A stretch of DNA of 64,000 bases, taken from the IMG/VR virus record IMGVR_UViG_3300020048_000049; one strand, 5' to 3'. Within the stretch, counting starts at the first letter, position 1. Every line of letters starts with the position of its first letter. The notes below the pieces were generated by a model that ran no database searches, was not told the DNA's origin, and saw only the letters and a list, made by a program, of their open reading frames with translations. The position numbers and the translations under genes were made by a program. Of this stretch, positions 41,643 to 52,007 are shown in pieces. The stretch is from an uncultured virus (IMG/VR IMGVR_UViG_3300020048_000049). Lineage: Duplodnaviria; Heunggongvirae; Uroviricota; Caudoviricetes.

Positions 41643-41966
41643 ATGAAAGACGAAAATAAATTATGGGATGAATACAATGATATGACTAATGAAATCATTG
41701 AAGAGCATGGTATACTATCTCCACAAGATAAGATTAATTGCTACGTTTGTAAATGTGGGTGTGCCACAAAAACAATTGAGGTTGACCATGGCACAACCCC
41801 TTCTGCTATTAAATGTGAGTTGTGTGGGTCTATGGCATATGATGATGTAGCTCCAACACATGAGTGGTATCGTCCATCTTTTGAAGAACTTTTAACCATG
41901 CTTAATGACGAAGAAATGGTTAAGCATGTCTTACAAGGTGGTTTATGTATTAGAAAAATAAATTAA
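41643..41966 (+). CDS. Zinc-ribbon hypothetical protein
   Basis: CKCG...CELC. Confidence 0.6.
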   Translation: MKDENKLWDEYNDMTNEIIEEHGILSPQDKINCYVCKCGCATKTIEVDHGTTPSAIKCELCGSMAYDDVAPTHEWYRPSFEELLTMLNDEEMVKHVLQGGLCIRKIN

Positions 41967-41973
41967 AGCCATT

Positions 41974-43515
41974 CTAGAACTTATGTTCTGAAATAACCTT
42001 TCTAACTATTTTTCTGATATAATTTTCAGAGATATTATCTGAACCATTCTTACTGCTATCTATTAATTTTATAAATTCATTTGAGAAATTTAAAAGAGTT
42101 TTACTATAGCTTCCTATTTTTTCTTTATCAATTCCTAAACTAGCAACATTGTATTTGCTAGATTCTGACGGTAACCCATAATGTCTTTTAACTATGTTAC
42201 TTATAACCTCTGCAAACCCCTTGACAGAATCTTCTCTTTCTCTTGCGTTTTTAATATCCTTAAATATGTAATCATACTTATTTCCAAAAGTTTTTGATAT
42301 AACTTTATTTAGTAATACATTTAAATTATTTATATCTCCTCTTTCTTCTCCAATTCCAAGAGTGTTAACTTTTTCTTTTTCAGCTATTTTAGAAACAACG
42401 TCAAAAACATTACTAATCTTATTTATAACTTCATCAGATTGAATCGCATCATCTTTTGCGCTAAATTCTTTTGTTTCTAAAGGCACCTGTTCTACTCCAG
42501 GTATTGGTTCTATCATTTTATCTGTAAAAGTAGGAAAACGGTTTTGTGCTCCAGAAGTTGTTCCGAAAAAATTATTCTTAAGACCAAAAGTAGCCAATCC
42601 ATAGTGATTTTTTGTATCTGACAAATATTGGTCTATAGATAAATCTCTATTAAGATTTTTTTCACTTTTATATTGATTCCAAGCATTAGGGTTGTTTTTG
42701 TACCAATAAGCATTATCTTTTGTCGTATTTTTTTTGTTTCCAGGTTTTAAAATTAAAATACCTTTTGAAAATTCTGGTTTTATACTATAGCCTTTATCAG
42801 CCCATACGAATTTTGGAGCCGCAAATGTTGCGTTAGGGTCCGAAAATCTTATAATCAAAGAGTTTAAGAAAGAATAACTATGAAAATTATCGTTTTGTGA
42901 CTGGAATTGCTTAACCTTTTCAAAAGTATCAATTAAAAACTCAAAAACATCATCATTTTCTACTGCGTTCATTAAGTCATCTAAATATCTATCTAAATTC
43001 TGAGCAACTTGAACATTACCAGTACTTTCGGCAGCTTCTTTAGTCCCTTCAACAGCATCTACAATAGCATTTATTTGTGTAATCTGCTCTGGTGTTAAAT
43101 TATGAGTGCTTAAATCGTAATCTTGTTTTTCTACAGTGTTATAATGGTGTACTAATTCTTTTAGCTGACCAACCAGTGTATTAACTTTATCAGGAGAATC
43201 TAAATTCGTAATTTCATATCCCCATCCAAAAGCGCCATTTGAAGTTAAGTTTTTTAAATATGATGGTGGCTGAAAAGAAAATGTATTTTTAAAATTACCT
43301 AAATTTTTAGCAGAAACATTTAATTTAAAACCCATTTTTGCAGTTTCTTTATCTCTGGCGGTTTGGTCTTTTAAATCGGATGTTATAAAAATTTTATATT
43401 TACCATCTTTCTCAGATGTTTTAAAAATTTTTACAGATTCGCTTATCTTTTGCTTACCGCTAGAAGCTTCATAGCGTTCAGATAGCAAATTCTTTATCTT
43501 AACTGATTTTTTCAT
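41974..43515 (-). CDS. ArdC-N-like ssDNA-binding domain protein with C-terminal tag
   Basis: FHSYSFLNSLII...PNATF.A...W...G..I....KGI.IL.P; C-terminal ISENYIRKIVRKVISE. Confidence 0.65.
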   Translation of the reverse strand: MKKSVKIKNLLSERYEASSGKQKISESVKIFKTSEKDGKYKIFITSDLKDQTARDKETAKMGFKLNVSAKNLGNFKNTFSFQPPSYLKNLTSNGAFGWGYEITNLDSPDKVNTLVGQLKELVHHYNTVEKQDYDLSTHNLTPEQITQINAIVDAVEGTKEAAESTGNVQVAQNLDRYLDDLMNAVENDDVFEFLIDTFEKVKQFQSQNDNFHSYSFLNSLIIRFSDPNATFAAPKFVWADKGYSIKPEFSKGILILKPGNKKNTTKDNAYWYKNNPNAWNQYKSEKNLNRDLSIDQYLSDTKNHYGLATFGLKNNFFGTTSGAQNRFPTFTDKMIEPIPGVEQVPLETKEFSAKDDAIQSDEVINKISNVFDVVSKIAEKEKVNTLGIGEERGDINNLNVLLNKVISKTFGNKYDYIFKDIKNAREREDSVKGFAEVISNIVKRHYGLPSESSKYNVASLGIDKEKIGSYSKTLLNFSNEFIKLIDSSKNGSDNISENYIRKIVRKVISEHKF

Positions 43516-43579
43516 ACCTTTAAATGTTTTTAATAAATATGATGATTTTTGTAATATTTGTAATATTTATAATAAAACT

Positions 43580-44992
43580 ATGCTTACAGAAGGTTATAAG
43601 AGAAGGCTACTAGAATTAGCGGGCTTGGTATTAGAAGATAATACCGACAAGTTAAAAAGTTTTGGTATTAGCGATGAAGTTGCTAGTTTTATTGTTAATC
43701 TAAATGATAAACTTGCTGTTTTCCTGGCAAACATATCTATTGCTGAATTCGCCAAGAAAGAAGGCATAGAAAGAAGAGACATCAAGGATATATTAGGTGT
43801 TATAAATCAACATGATTTATTAAAATTTTTACATGAAAATGTAGGCAAAATAAACTTTATATTAGCGTGGCTTAATTCACCTGAAGCAGGTAGAGATGTT
43901 AATCTAAAAAACATAGAAACGCTGGAACAAGCTTATGGAATGGCTGATGCTTGGCATAAATCACTTTCAGCATCTGGTGTTATTAATGATGAATCTGGTG
44001 TAGTTGTAAAAGTTTATCCTGAAGGTTATTATTGGATAGACCTTCAAACAAACAGTTGTACTGCAGAAGCTAATGCTATGGGACATTGTGGTACAGACTC
44101 CAGAGCAACAACCTTATTGTCTTTGAGAGACAAAAAAACAAAAGAGCCGCACGTAACAATTGCATATAATAAAAATACAAAAAATATAGCTCAGGTTAAA
44201 GGAAAAGCAAACGAGAGACCATTGCCTCAATATATGAAATATGTATTTGATTTTTTAATGAGTTTGGTAAAGGAAGATAAAGTAGAGACTTTTAATTGGA
44301 GTTATGGCGCTGACCTAACACCAGATGAGGTGAAAACAATATTTGCCGCAAATCCTGAAGCGTATCTAAAGGGTTTAATAGAGCTAAATTTAAAATCACC
44401 AGTTTATACTGTGCCACCTTTTACTAAAGAAGAAATAATTAAAACCATTGGAAGAGAAAAGTATGGAGAATACGTTAATAATTTACTTTCGAATGACTTA
44501 GCAAATTCTTCTTTTAGACTTAAACTTAAAAGAGGAGAAATAATTGATGGTGTTGGGCAGGATGGATATAAAAACTATATGTCAGCATTAGTTGATAATG
44601 CTATACAAAACCCAAAATATAGAGTACCATTTTCAAAGGCCGATATTTCAAAAGCCGTAGGGGAAGAAAAATATCAAATTTATATTGATAATCTTTTAGG
44701 TAAAGTTTTAGAAAATCCTTTTCAAAATAATTTAGGAATTGAAACAAAAGATGAGTTGTCTGCGCTTCTTGGCCAAGAAAGATATAAACAATTCGTAGTA
44801 AGTCTAGTTAATAAAGTTGTTCAAATCACGAATTCAGAAAGAGAACTCAATTACGTTTTAAAACAACAAGGTCTTTATTATCCAAAAGAAACAATAAAGA
44901 CAATGGTTGATAAGAAAACGTGGTTTTTATTTTTAAAAAGAGAAGCAGATTCTTTTTCTGGAAACATTGGAAGCTATAAGTCTGCAGCTTAA
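43580..44992 (+). CDS. PcfJ-like domain protein with N-terminal LAG tag and C-terminal helical repeats
   Basis: EANAMGHCG...LSLRD..EPHVTI...QVKGKANE; repeats IG.EKY..Y...L. Confidence 0.75.
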   Translation: MLTEGYKRRLLELAGLVLEDNTDKLKSFGISDEVASFIVNLNDKLAVFLANISIAEFAKKEGIERRDIKDILGVINQHDLLKFLHENVGKINFILAWLNSPEAGRDVNLKNIETLEQAYGMADAWHKSLSASGVINDESGVVVKVYPEGYYWIDLQTNSCTAEANAMGHCGTDSRATTLLSLRDKKTKEPHVTIAYNKNTKNIAQVKGKANERPLPQYMKYVFDFLMSLVKEDKVETFNWSYGADLTPDEVKTIFAANPEAYLKGLIELNLKSPVYTVPPFTKEEIIKTIGREKYGEYVNNLLSNDLANSSFRLKLKRGEIIDGVGQDGYKNYMSALVDNAIQNPKYRVPFSKADISKAVGEEKYQIYIDNLLGKVLENPFQNNLGIETKDELSALLGQERYKQFVVSLVNKVVQITNSERELNYVLKQQGLYYPKETIKTMVDKKTWFLFLKREADSFSGNIGSYKSAA

Positions 44993-45258
44993 TTTATAAA
45001 TTTTCTTTTAATTTTTATATAAAAATACCAGACTTTTTGTTTTAAAGTCCTACTCTCCTGCTTCTTTTTAAAATAAGTTTTTACTACAATATCCATTTCT
45101 TTTTTTAGGGCCGCAGACATTTCATATTCCTCATTTTTTGCACAAATATCTATCCAGGTCTTGGCAAGCATAATTTGCTTTGCAAAACTAAAATTAACTC
45201 TTTCTTTATTGTACCAAGTTACTATAAACTCTACCTTCTTGGATGTATCCGTGGCCAT
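44989..45258 (-). CDS. Small protein with UvrB/UvrC-like motif
   Basis: KNEEYEMSAALKKE. Confidence 0.5.
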   Translation of the reverse strand: MATDTSKKVEFIVTWYNKERVNFSFAKQIMLAKTWIDICAKNEEYEMSAALKKEMDIVVKTYFKKKQESRTLKQKVWYFYIKIKRKFIN

Positions 45259-45420
45259 TTTATCCTTTTAATATAATTAGTTTTATATTTTTTTAAAATG
45301 ACTTTTATCACTCCATTCAAACGCTATACTGGCCCATTTAATATAAGTGGACGCTTTATGCCTATAAGTGGTTTACTTTTTTTAATAAACTATCTATATT
45401 TAAAGATAAAAAATAATATT

Positions 45421-45787
45421 ATGCAAGATTCTAATCAAACAGTCACATCGTCAAATTCAGTTAATTATCACCATGTAGAAAGTACTCCATTCCTTGAGAC
45501 CGTTACAACTACGGCAACTTTTGTATATAACGATAAGAAAGAAGTTAAAAGTGTAGAATTTGTAGAAAATGAAGAAGGCAATTTTATTGAAGTTATTTCT
45601 AGTTTAACCTCATCTATTCAGATATATTCTGGCTCATTTAATAATAGTTCAAAGTCTATGANNNNNNNNNNCTATGATAAAAGAAAGATACGGAATTATA
45701 GATGGTAAAATCCAGCTAATAAAGACTATTAGCGGATTAGAGACACCTGGGCATTATGTGCCACCATCTACTGAGTGGTCAGAATAG
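45421..45787 (+). CDS. Hypothetical protein (split by N gap)
   Basis: Frame resumes after the gap and ends at TAG 45787. Confidence 0.5.
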
Positions 45788-45826
45788 TTTTAACATTTTC
45801 TTAACTTTTTATTCATATTTATTTAT

Positions 45827-46210
45827 ATGAATAGAGGAGATATTTTAACAAAAGTAATTGCAGTAGCCAAAAGAAATGGCTTCGGAATAAGTGATGATTT
45901 CTTTACGGAAATCCCTGCTGAAACGTGGATATCAGAGAATCAAGACTTATATTTTAGTCTTATTTTTTGTCACGATTTTGCTATATCTTTTTTTGGAGAA
46001 GGAATGGTTATGATAGATGAATTTTCAGAAAACACAGAAAATATAGATTTAATAAATCTAGAATCTCCTGTCGGGTTTTTAATGGCTAATAGGCAAAATA
46101 TAAAAATACCTAATTGGCAATATCATTTAGCTCAAATGGTATTGTATGAAGACCCTTTAATGTATTTATTTAATTTTATAAATGACCATGAGCAAGCAGA
46201 ACTTAATTGA
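45827..46210 (+). CDS. Hypothetical protein
   Basis: ORF track. Confidence 0.65.
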   Translation: MNRGDILTKVIAVAKRNGFGISDDFFTEIPAETWISENQDLYFSLIFCHDFAISFFGEGMVMIDEFSENTENIDLINLESPVGFLMANRQNIKIPNWQYHLAQMVLYEDPLMYLFNFINDHEQAELN

Positions 46211-46361
46211 GGGAATTGATTATCATTTTGAAGATATAAATGGAATGAAGTATAAAGTTTTCACTGAACACTATCATTTAAAAAGAGGTTATTGTTGTAA
46301 AAATAAATGTAGAAACTGTCCTTACGGATTTAATAAAACAAACAATCATGAGAAACGATAG
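46188..46361 (+). CDS. DUF5522-like Cys-rich small protein (absent from ORF track)
   Basis: VFTEHYHLKRGYCCKNKCRNCPYG. Confidence 0.75.
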   Translation: MSKQNLIEGIDYHFEDINGMKYKVFTEHYHLKRGYCCKNKCRNCPYGFNKTNNHEKR

Positions 46362-46593
46362 CTTAAACGAGTTTAACTCATTAGTTGATTCACATTATCT
46401 TAGTATGAAAGGTTATATTGTTAGCTCTAACAGTAAAAAAGTAATACTAGAAGATTATGAAAATTATGCCTGGGGAAAAAACGAGGACCTTAACCCATTG
46501 TTTGAAAAGCCAAGCCCGCTTCCAATAAAAAGTATGGATGTTGAATATAAAGAAAGAGATTGTGTATTTTTAATTACTCTCCATTTAAAATAA
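46348..46593 (+). CDS. Hypothetical protein
   Basis: ORF track. Confidence 0.55.
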   Translation: MRNDSLNEFNSLVDSHYLSMKGYIVSSNSKKVILEDYENYAWGKNEDLNPLFEKPSPLPIKSMDVEYKERDCVFLITLHLK

Positions 46594-46641
46594 TTTTGTT
46601 TTCTTGTTTTAATTTTATACTTTTGTTCTATATAGAGCAAG

Positions 46642-47141
46642 ATGAAATTACCAATTTATATTTATAATNNNNNNNNNNNNNNNNNNNNNNNNNNNNNNNN
46701 NNNNNNNNNNNNNNNNNNNNNNNNNNNNNNNNNNNNNNNNNNNNNNNNNNNNNNNNNNNNNNNNNNNNNNNNNNNNNNNNNNNNNNNNNNNNNNNNNNNG
46801 ATAAATTAAAAGATTTTAAAAAAGTATTTATTAATTCTGAAGTCATAGAAGAAGAAGGAGAAGAAGTTTCAGCACATGAGGGTTGTTTAAGTATACCAGG
46901 AATAAACATAGAAATCAAAAGAAAGCCAAAAATAAAATTAAAGTACTTCGATGAAAATTTTATTGAACACGAAGAATGGTTTGATGGACTTGCTGCTAGA
47001 TGTATACTACATGAGCATGACCACACAAATGGAATTTTGTTTTTAAAAAGAATTTCTTCATTTAATTATAAGTTATTAGAGAGCAATCTTAAACAAATTA
47101 TAAAAAGAAATTTTTCAACTAGTTATATATACAAAAAATAA
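46642..47141 (+). CDS. def: Peptide deformylase (absent from ORF track because of N gap)
   Basis: MKLPIYIY start; EGCLSIPG and ARCILHEHDH.NGIL motifs after the gap. Confidence 0.88.
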
Positions 47142-47145
47142 AATT

Positions 47146-47298
47146 ATGACCGAAGAAATAAAAAGAGTACTACTTCAATCAGTAAGAGTTTTAAAATCAA
47201 GCGGAGGTATGGATAACGAAGAAGTAAAGCCCGTAATCGTTAACATCGAAAAACTTATTAGAAAAAGAAGAACTAGTAGCAGTGTAAAAAAAGCTTAA
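47146..47298 (+). CDS. Small hypothetical protein
   Basis: 50-aa ORF filling the space between def and adk. Confidence 0.5.
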   Translation: MTEEIKRVLLQSVRVLKSSGGMDNEEVKPVIVNIEKLIRKRRTSSSVKKA

Positions 47299-47308
47299 TA
47301 AAAATAAA

Positions 47309-47887
47309 ATGAAAAACATAGTTCTAATAGGACCTCCAGGAGCAGGTAAAGGCACTCAAGCAAAATTAATTTCTAATAAATTAGATTTAATACATATATC
47401 TACAGGAGATTTAATTAGAGAAGAACAAGCTAACGATACAAAAATCGGTAAGCTTGCAAATCAGTTAATTGATAAAGGGCAATTCTTACCAGATAACATT
47501 GTTATTACAATGGTAAAGCAAAAAGTAATAGATAATCCTAACGCTAACGGATTTATATTTGATGGTTTTCCAAGAACTGTTGACCAAGCAAAATCATTGG
47601 ATGAGTTTTTAAATGCAAGAAAAACTCCAATCAATAAAGTTATTTTATTAGAAATCAATGACGAAATTATAAAGAAAAGAATTTCTGAAAGAGCCTTATT
47701 AGAAAATAGAGTTGATGATAATTCAGAAGTATTACAAACTAGAATAAATGTTTATAAAAAACAAACTATTCCAGTTATTAATTATTATAAAAATAGTTAT
47801 TTGTTTGCTGCCAATAGAGGAATTGTAAACATTGAAGCGGCTAAGTCAAAAGAAGATGTGATGGCTGAATTAGAAGCGTCTATCTAA
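47309..47887 (+). CDS. adk: Adenylate kinase (short, LID-less)
   Basis: GPPGAGKGTQ, STGDLIR, FDGFPRT, RVDD. Confidence 0.93.
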   Translation: MKNIVLIGPPGAGKGTQAKLISNKLDLIHISTGDLIREEQANDTKIGKLANQLIDKGQFLPDNIVITMVKQKVIDNPNANGFIFDGFPRTVDQAKSLDEFLNARKTPINKVILLEINDEIIKKRISERALLENRVDDNSEVLQTRINVYKKQTIPVINYYKNSYLFAANRGIVNIEAAKSKEDVMAELEASI

Positions 47888-48354
47888 TATTTAGACGGGT
47901 CCATTTTTAAAGCTATATTTTTATTTACAGCATTTTTAAAATTTTCATACCCTTCAATATTTTCCATTTCACCAATTAAAGAAGGAATTTGCTCTCCTTT
48001 ATATAGTTGGCCAAATTTAAGTGTCCAAAAATTTTTGCCTCCCCTAATAGTTCTTTTTATATCAACTATTAAAATGGTTCCGTAAACTGTATAAAACTCA
48101 AAACTCCAAGATTCTTCATTGATACTCTTAGGTAAATATTCAACCAGCTCATACCTATTTAGGTTTACAATATCAACCTCTAAAGTATCTCCTGCAAATG
48201 CTCTTCCTTTTTCGTAATTATAAATAATACTATCCTTACCATTTTCTGGAGATGAAATCTTATCGTAATCTACACTTTTATAAAAGTCAACCTCATTAAG
48301 GTTAGCTAAAACTTTTTCAAGTTCTTCTCTTATTAGTTTTTTTAGGAATTGCAT
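47884..48354 (-). CDS. Tagged putative virion protein
   Basis: LKKLIREELEKVL..LNE; TATTTAT (minus) 48368-48374. Confidence 0.6.
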   Translation of the reverse strand: MQFLKKLIREELEKVLANLNEVDFYKSVDYDKISSPENGKDSIIYNYEKGRAFAGDTLEVDIVNLNRYELVEYLPKSINEESWSFEFYTVYGTILIVDIKRTIRGGKNFWTLKFGQLYKGEQIPSLIGEMENIEGYENFKNAVNKNIALKMDPSKY

Positions 48355-48399
48355 AGTTTATTTTATTATAAATATCTTATAATTTTATATAGCTATGCT

Positions 48400-48945
48400 T
48401 TATTTTTTTAATATTTCGTTGGTTACGGTTATAATTTCCTCTACGGCCATTAATGAAGATTCTCTATTTGTTTCCCAAGACTCTTTAAGCGCTTGTAATC
48501 TTTCAGGGTCGCTTGTAACTCTTAAGTCATCTTCAATTTTAAATTGAAACCTAATGACCTTAACGGCTCCATCAATACTTTCAAAAGGATTATATCCTTT
48601 ATATTGAAAATAATACTTTTCCATATTTCTAGAGAAGCCTGGAGACCAAAGAAAATCCTTTTCAATATCAACTCCAGGAGGGCAAATCTGTTCCATATAT
48701 TTATTATAAACTCTTTCAACCTGTTCTGCGCTTGTTGCTCTATCGAACTCTTGAGCAATAGCCAGTTTCTCATCTCTGGTTAAATGAGTCTCGGCAAATA
48801 ATCTTATGGCATAAGTTAATTTTACATTTTGCTCTTTACCATTAATAAGTACTGCGCCCAAGTCTTTTAATTTATCATTTACGATAGATAATTGTTGAAT
48901 TAATTGTTCATTCTCAATTTTTAATTCCTCTAATGTTTTCTCCAT
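48400..48945 (-). CDS. Hypothetical coiled-coil protein
   Basis: ORF; TATATTTG (minus) near 48963. Confidence 0.65.
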   Translation of the reverse strand: MEKTLEELKIENEQLIQQLSIVNDKLKDLGAVLINGKEQNVKLTYAIRLFAETHLTRDEKLAIAQEFDRATSAEQVERVYNKYMEQICPPGVDIEKDFLWSPGFSRNMEKYYFQYKGYNPFESIDGAVKVIRFQFKIEDDLRVTSDPERLQALKESWETNRESSLMAVEEIITVTNEILKK

Positions 48946-48980
48946 TTATATTGTTTTATTCACAAATATAAGTATTTCAT

Positions 48981-49011
48981 TTTGAAAAATAAAAACAAAT
49001 GTATATATTTG
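48981..49011 (+). promoter_or_regulatory. Bacteroidota primary-sigma promoter
   Basis: TTTG-N19-TATATTTG. Confidence 0.7.
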
Positions 49012-49023
49012 ACCATAGAAACA

Positions 49024-49332
49024 ATGATAGATATAGAAACATCTAATAAATTTATAGATAAAATTAAAACTATGACCGATAGTAAGGAATTAGTATGGAC
49101 AAAAACACAGTCATGTAATAAAGAAGTTTTGTTTAAGTCTTTAATTGAAAATGATATTTCTGTAGTTATAGATTCTAACGATAGGGTTGGAATTGAAATG
49201 CCATCACATGGTAGTCCAATTTGGCTTAACGTAGAAGAAATGAAGCTACGTCATTTAATAGAGTCAGTATTTAAGTCTAGAAGAATGCCAAGCCATATAG
49301 CATCTTGGATAGAAGATTTTTTAAAGAAATAA
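49024..49332 (+). CDS. Hypothetical protein
   Basis: ATG 49024. Confidence 0.6.
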   Translation: MIDIETSNKFIDKIKTMTDSKELVWTKTQSCNKEVLFKSLIENDISVVIDSNDRVGIEMPSHGSPIWLNVEEMKLRHLIESVFKSRRMPSHIASWIEDFLKK

Positions 49333-49333
49333 T

Positions 49334-49708
49334 ATGGACGATAAATTATACCCTATACCAAAAAATTTAAACGAATGCTTTAATGTATTGGATGATATTT
49401 TTATTGGAGCACCTGAAGACCTGGAATGGTTTAAGGTATCTATTGAAGATGAGGCAGTATCTGGATTTCATTCAGGCTTAGGTACATGGATTAGAAATAC
49501 CTGGGGGTTATGGGAAAAGAGTACAGAGTTATATAGTGTCTTACACGACCTTGGTCTGTGGCATGCAGATGATATGTATAGTCTAATAATGACTTCTTAT
49601 TATAGAAAAATACATGGTAAAGAATTAAATTTAAAAGAACAAATTCAACATTTTATAAGCTACTGGAAAGATTATGAAAAAATGAACGGACCAGTAGAAA
49701 AAAACTAA
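49334..49708 (+). CDS. DUF6794-like protein
   Basis: PKNL.EC...H..LG.WIRN.WGLW...H.DDM...I...Y.R. Confidence 0.7.
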   Translation: MDDKLYPIPKNLNECFNVLDDIFIGAPEDLEWFKVSIEDEAVSGFHSGLGTWIRNTWGLWEKSTELYSVLHDLGLWHADDMYSLIMTSYYRKIHGKELNLKEQIQHFISYWKDYEKMNGPVEKN

Positions 49709-49712
49709 TTAT

Positions 49713-50811
49713 ATGCACTTCGACAAAACCTCAAATATTAAAGTTGATTTTAATGATATATTAATTCAACCAGCAGATAAAACANNNNNNNNNNACAACA
49801 ATAACATCTAGGAAACAAATTGACCCGTTTGATAAAAATGGTATGCTTCCTATATTTACAGCTCCTATGGATACTGTTGTTGATGAAGAAAATCATAAAT
49901 TATTTTTGAATAATAAAATAAACATTTGTTTTCCAAGACAAAAAAATTATAGAGCTTCACATTATTGTAAGTTTTTTTATTCTTTATCTCTTGATGAATT
50001 TATAAAAGAATATGTTGAAAAAACTATATTCTGGTCCCCAGGTATCTCCACACGAGAAGGCGAAAAAACAGTCCCGTCTAAACAGTATATTCTTATTGAT
50101 ATTGCCAATGGTCACATGGAAAAAATGATGACCGCAATTAAAACAGCAAAACAAAAACACGGAGATAGAATATTTATAATGGTTGGAAATGTTGCCAATC
50201 CAAAGACTTACAGTTTGTTATCAGACGCTGGAGCCGATGCTGTTAGGATAGGTATAGGAAACGGAAACGGTTGTCTTACAACACAACAAACAGGTATTGG
50301 CTATCCTATGGCATCTCTAATTAGAGAGTGTTATTATAAATCTCTTACAATGGATAATGCGGCTCTTATCATTGCCGATGGAGGTATGAAAGACTATTCA
50401 GATATCATTAAGGCAATTGCTCTTGGTGCTAATTATGTAATGGTTGGTTCTATTTTAAATAAATGTCTTGAGTCTTGCGGTGAAACTAGAATCTTTAAAT
50501 ACATCAAATTAAACCCTAAATCTAAATTAACTGGATGGCTTTATAAAAAAGGGTTTAAGCTCACAAAAAGATTTAGAGGTATGTCAACTAAGGAAGTGCA
50601 AAAAAACTGGGGAAACGAAGTTATAAAGACATCTGAGGGCGTAGTTAGAGTTAGACCTGTGGAATATACATTATCACAGTGGTCTGGAAATTTCGAAGAT
50701 TATTTACGCTCTGCGATGAGCTATACAAACTGTACAACGCTAGAAGAGTTTAGAGGAAATGTATCTCTAAATGTAATTTCAGAACAAGCATATAAAAGAT
50801 TTAGCAAATGA
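49713..50811 (+). CDS. GMP reductase / IMPDH family (no CBS domain)
   Basis: DFNDILIQP before the gap; APMDTV, IDIANGH, GNVA, GIGNGNGCLTT, IADGG, FRGMS, SEG, LRSAMSY. Confidence 0.88.
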
Positions 50812-51023
50812 AAAGACCACTAAAAATACTACTGATTTTTTTTATAATAATCGCCTTCAGTTCATCAATTGTTAATTTTATTGCTATGTTTTATTCAAAA
50901 CATCCAATTTATAATTTGACCGCAGCATTATTTGGGCTAGCTATTTCCCATATTATAAGTCAAGATATTACAAATAAAGAACCAGAAACTTCAGAAGAAG
51001 ATGAAACTTTTATTGAAAACTAA
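50808..51023 (+). CDS. Small membrane protein
   Basis: Two TM segments. Confidence 0.6.
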   Translation: MKRPLKILLIFFIIIAFSSSIVNFIAMFYSKHPIYNLTAALFGLAISHIISQDITNKEPETSEEDETFIEN

Positions 51024-51030
51024 CGTATAA
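51003..51030 (+). promoter_or_regulatory. ECF-sigma-like promoter
   Basis: GAAACTTTTATTGAAAACTAACGTATAA. Confidence 0.65.
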
Positions 51031-51058
51031 CAAACGAATAATTAAAAACAAAAAACAC

Positions 51059-51298
51059 ATGGCAGATTTACAAACAGTTAAAAATTCCTTAATGGGATTA
51101 ACATATGAAGAAAAAATTCAAATGAGTGAATGGCTTCATACACAAATTGATTTCGAAAGAGGTGAATATGTAAAACAAAAAGGCAAAGAAGTGTCTGGAA
51201 AAATATCTAATTTTGCCGATAAAGCAGCTCGGATTACAAAGACTGGAGCTAGTAGTTTGCGAGATGCTTTCAATCAAGCAACTGACTACAATGCATAA
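51059..51298 (+). CDS. Small hypothetical protein (monocistronic)
   Basis: Lies between the ECF-like promoter and a terminator. Confidence 0.65.
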   Translation: MADLQTVKNSLMGLTYEEKIQMSEWLHTQIDFERGEYVKQKGKEVSGKISNFADKAARITKTGASSLRDAFNQATDYNA

Positions 51299-51330
51299 AA
51301 AAAGCCGCTCTTAATTTGAGCGGCTTTTTT
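51297..51330. terminator. Bidirectional terminator
   Basis: aaaagccgctc-ttaattt-gagcggctttttt. Confidence 0.85.
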
Positions 51331-51331
51331 A

Positions 51332-51943
51332 TTAGCTGTCAGCATATTTATATGAGAAATAATCTCCTCCTTTACGCCTAATTTCATCTTTATCCATTCT
51401 CTTTATTTTCATAAGGACTAAAGTTCTTTCGAGCAATCCTTTGAATTCAGAAGAAGGAGCTAATACAAAAGCTGTATTTCCAATAATCTCCTCACCTTCA
51501 GCTTCATCCTCATAATATCCTGAGTCAAATTCATCAGAATAAGCTCTGCTATTTTCAGGTATAGGAAATTTACCAACATCGCCTCTATTATAAAACTGCT
51601 TCCATATTTCCCACGCACCACCTCTTATGTCCGCATCTCTAGTAGGGGTTAATCCATTATCAAAAATTGACATCATAGCAAACTCATACATTAAAGGACC
51701 ATATCCTTTTTCAGCAGCTACTCCAGTAACGTGAAAAATGTTGTCAGCAACATGCGAAACGCCAATCGTACCAAGTACTCTATTTGCAGAAAAATCATAT
51801 AAATCTAATTGAACCTGAGCTCTAGAACTACCATCTATTAAACCAATATTAGCATTTTTTAAAATTTCAGAAATAGGAACTGCTGCTTCATTTAAAACAA
51901 CGCTCTCAATAGCTTCTCTTATTAGTTTTCTTAATAAATTCAT
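51332..51943 (-). CDS. GNAT-like acetyltransferase with N-terminal tag
   Basis: V..VAAEKGYGPLMYE...L..........A..IW; LRKLIREAIE..LNE. Confidence 0.65.
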   Translation of the reverse strand: MNLLRKLIREAIESVVLNEAAVPISEILKNANIGLIDGSSRAQVQLDLYDFSANRVLGTIGVSHVADNIFHVTGVAAEKGYGPLMYEFAMMSIFDNGLTPTRDADIRGGAWEIWKQFYNRGDVGKFPIPENSRAYSDEFDSGYYEDEAEGEEIIGNTAFVLAPSSEFKGLLERTLVLMKIKRMDKDEIRRKGGDYFSYKYADS

Positions 51944-52007
51944 ATTAAATAAATAGCTTTAAAAACAAGTTTTTGAGCCTATTTATTAGAAACTTAAATT
52001 TAATACC

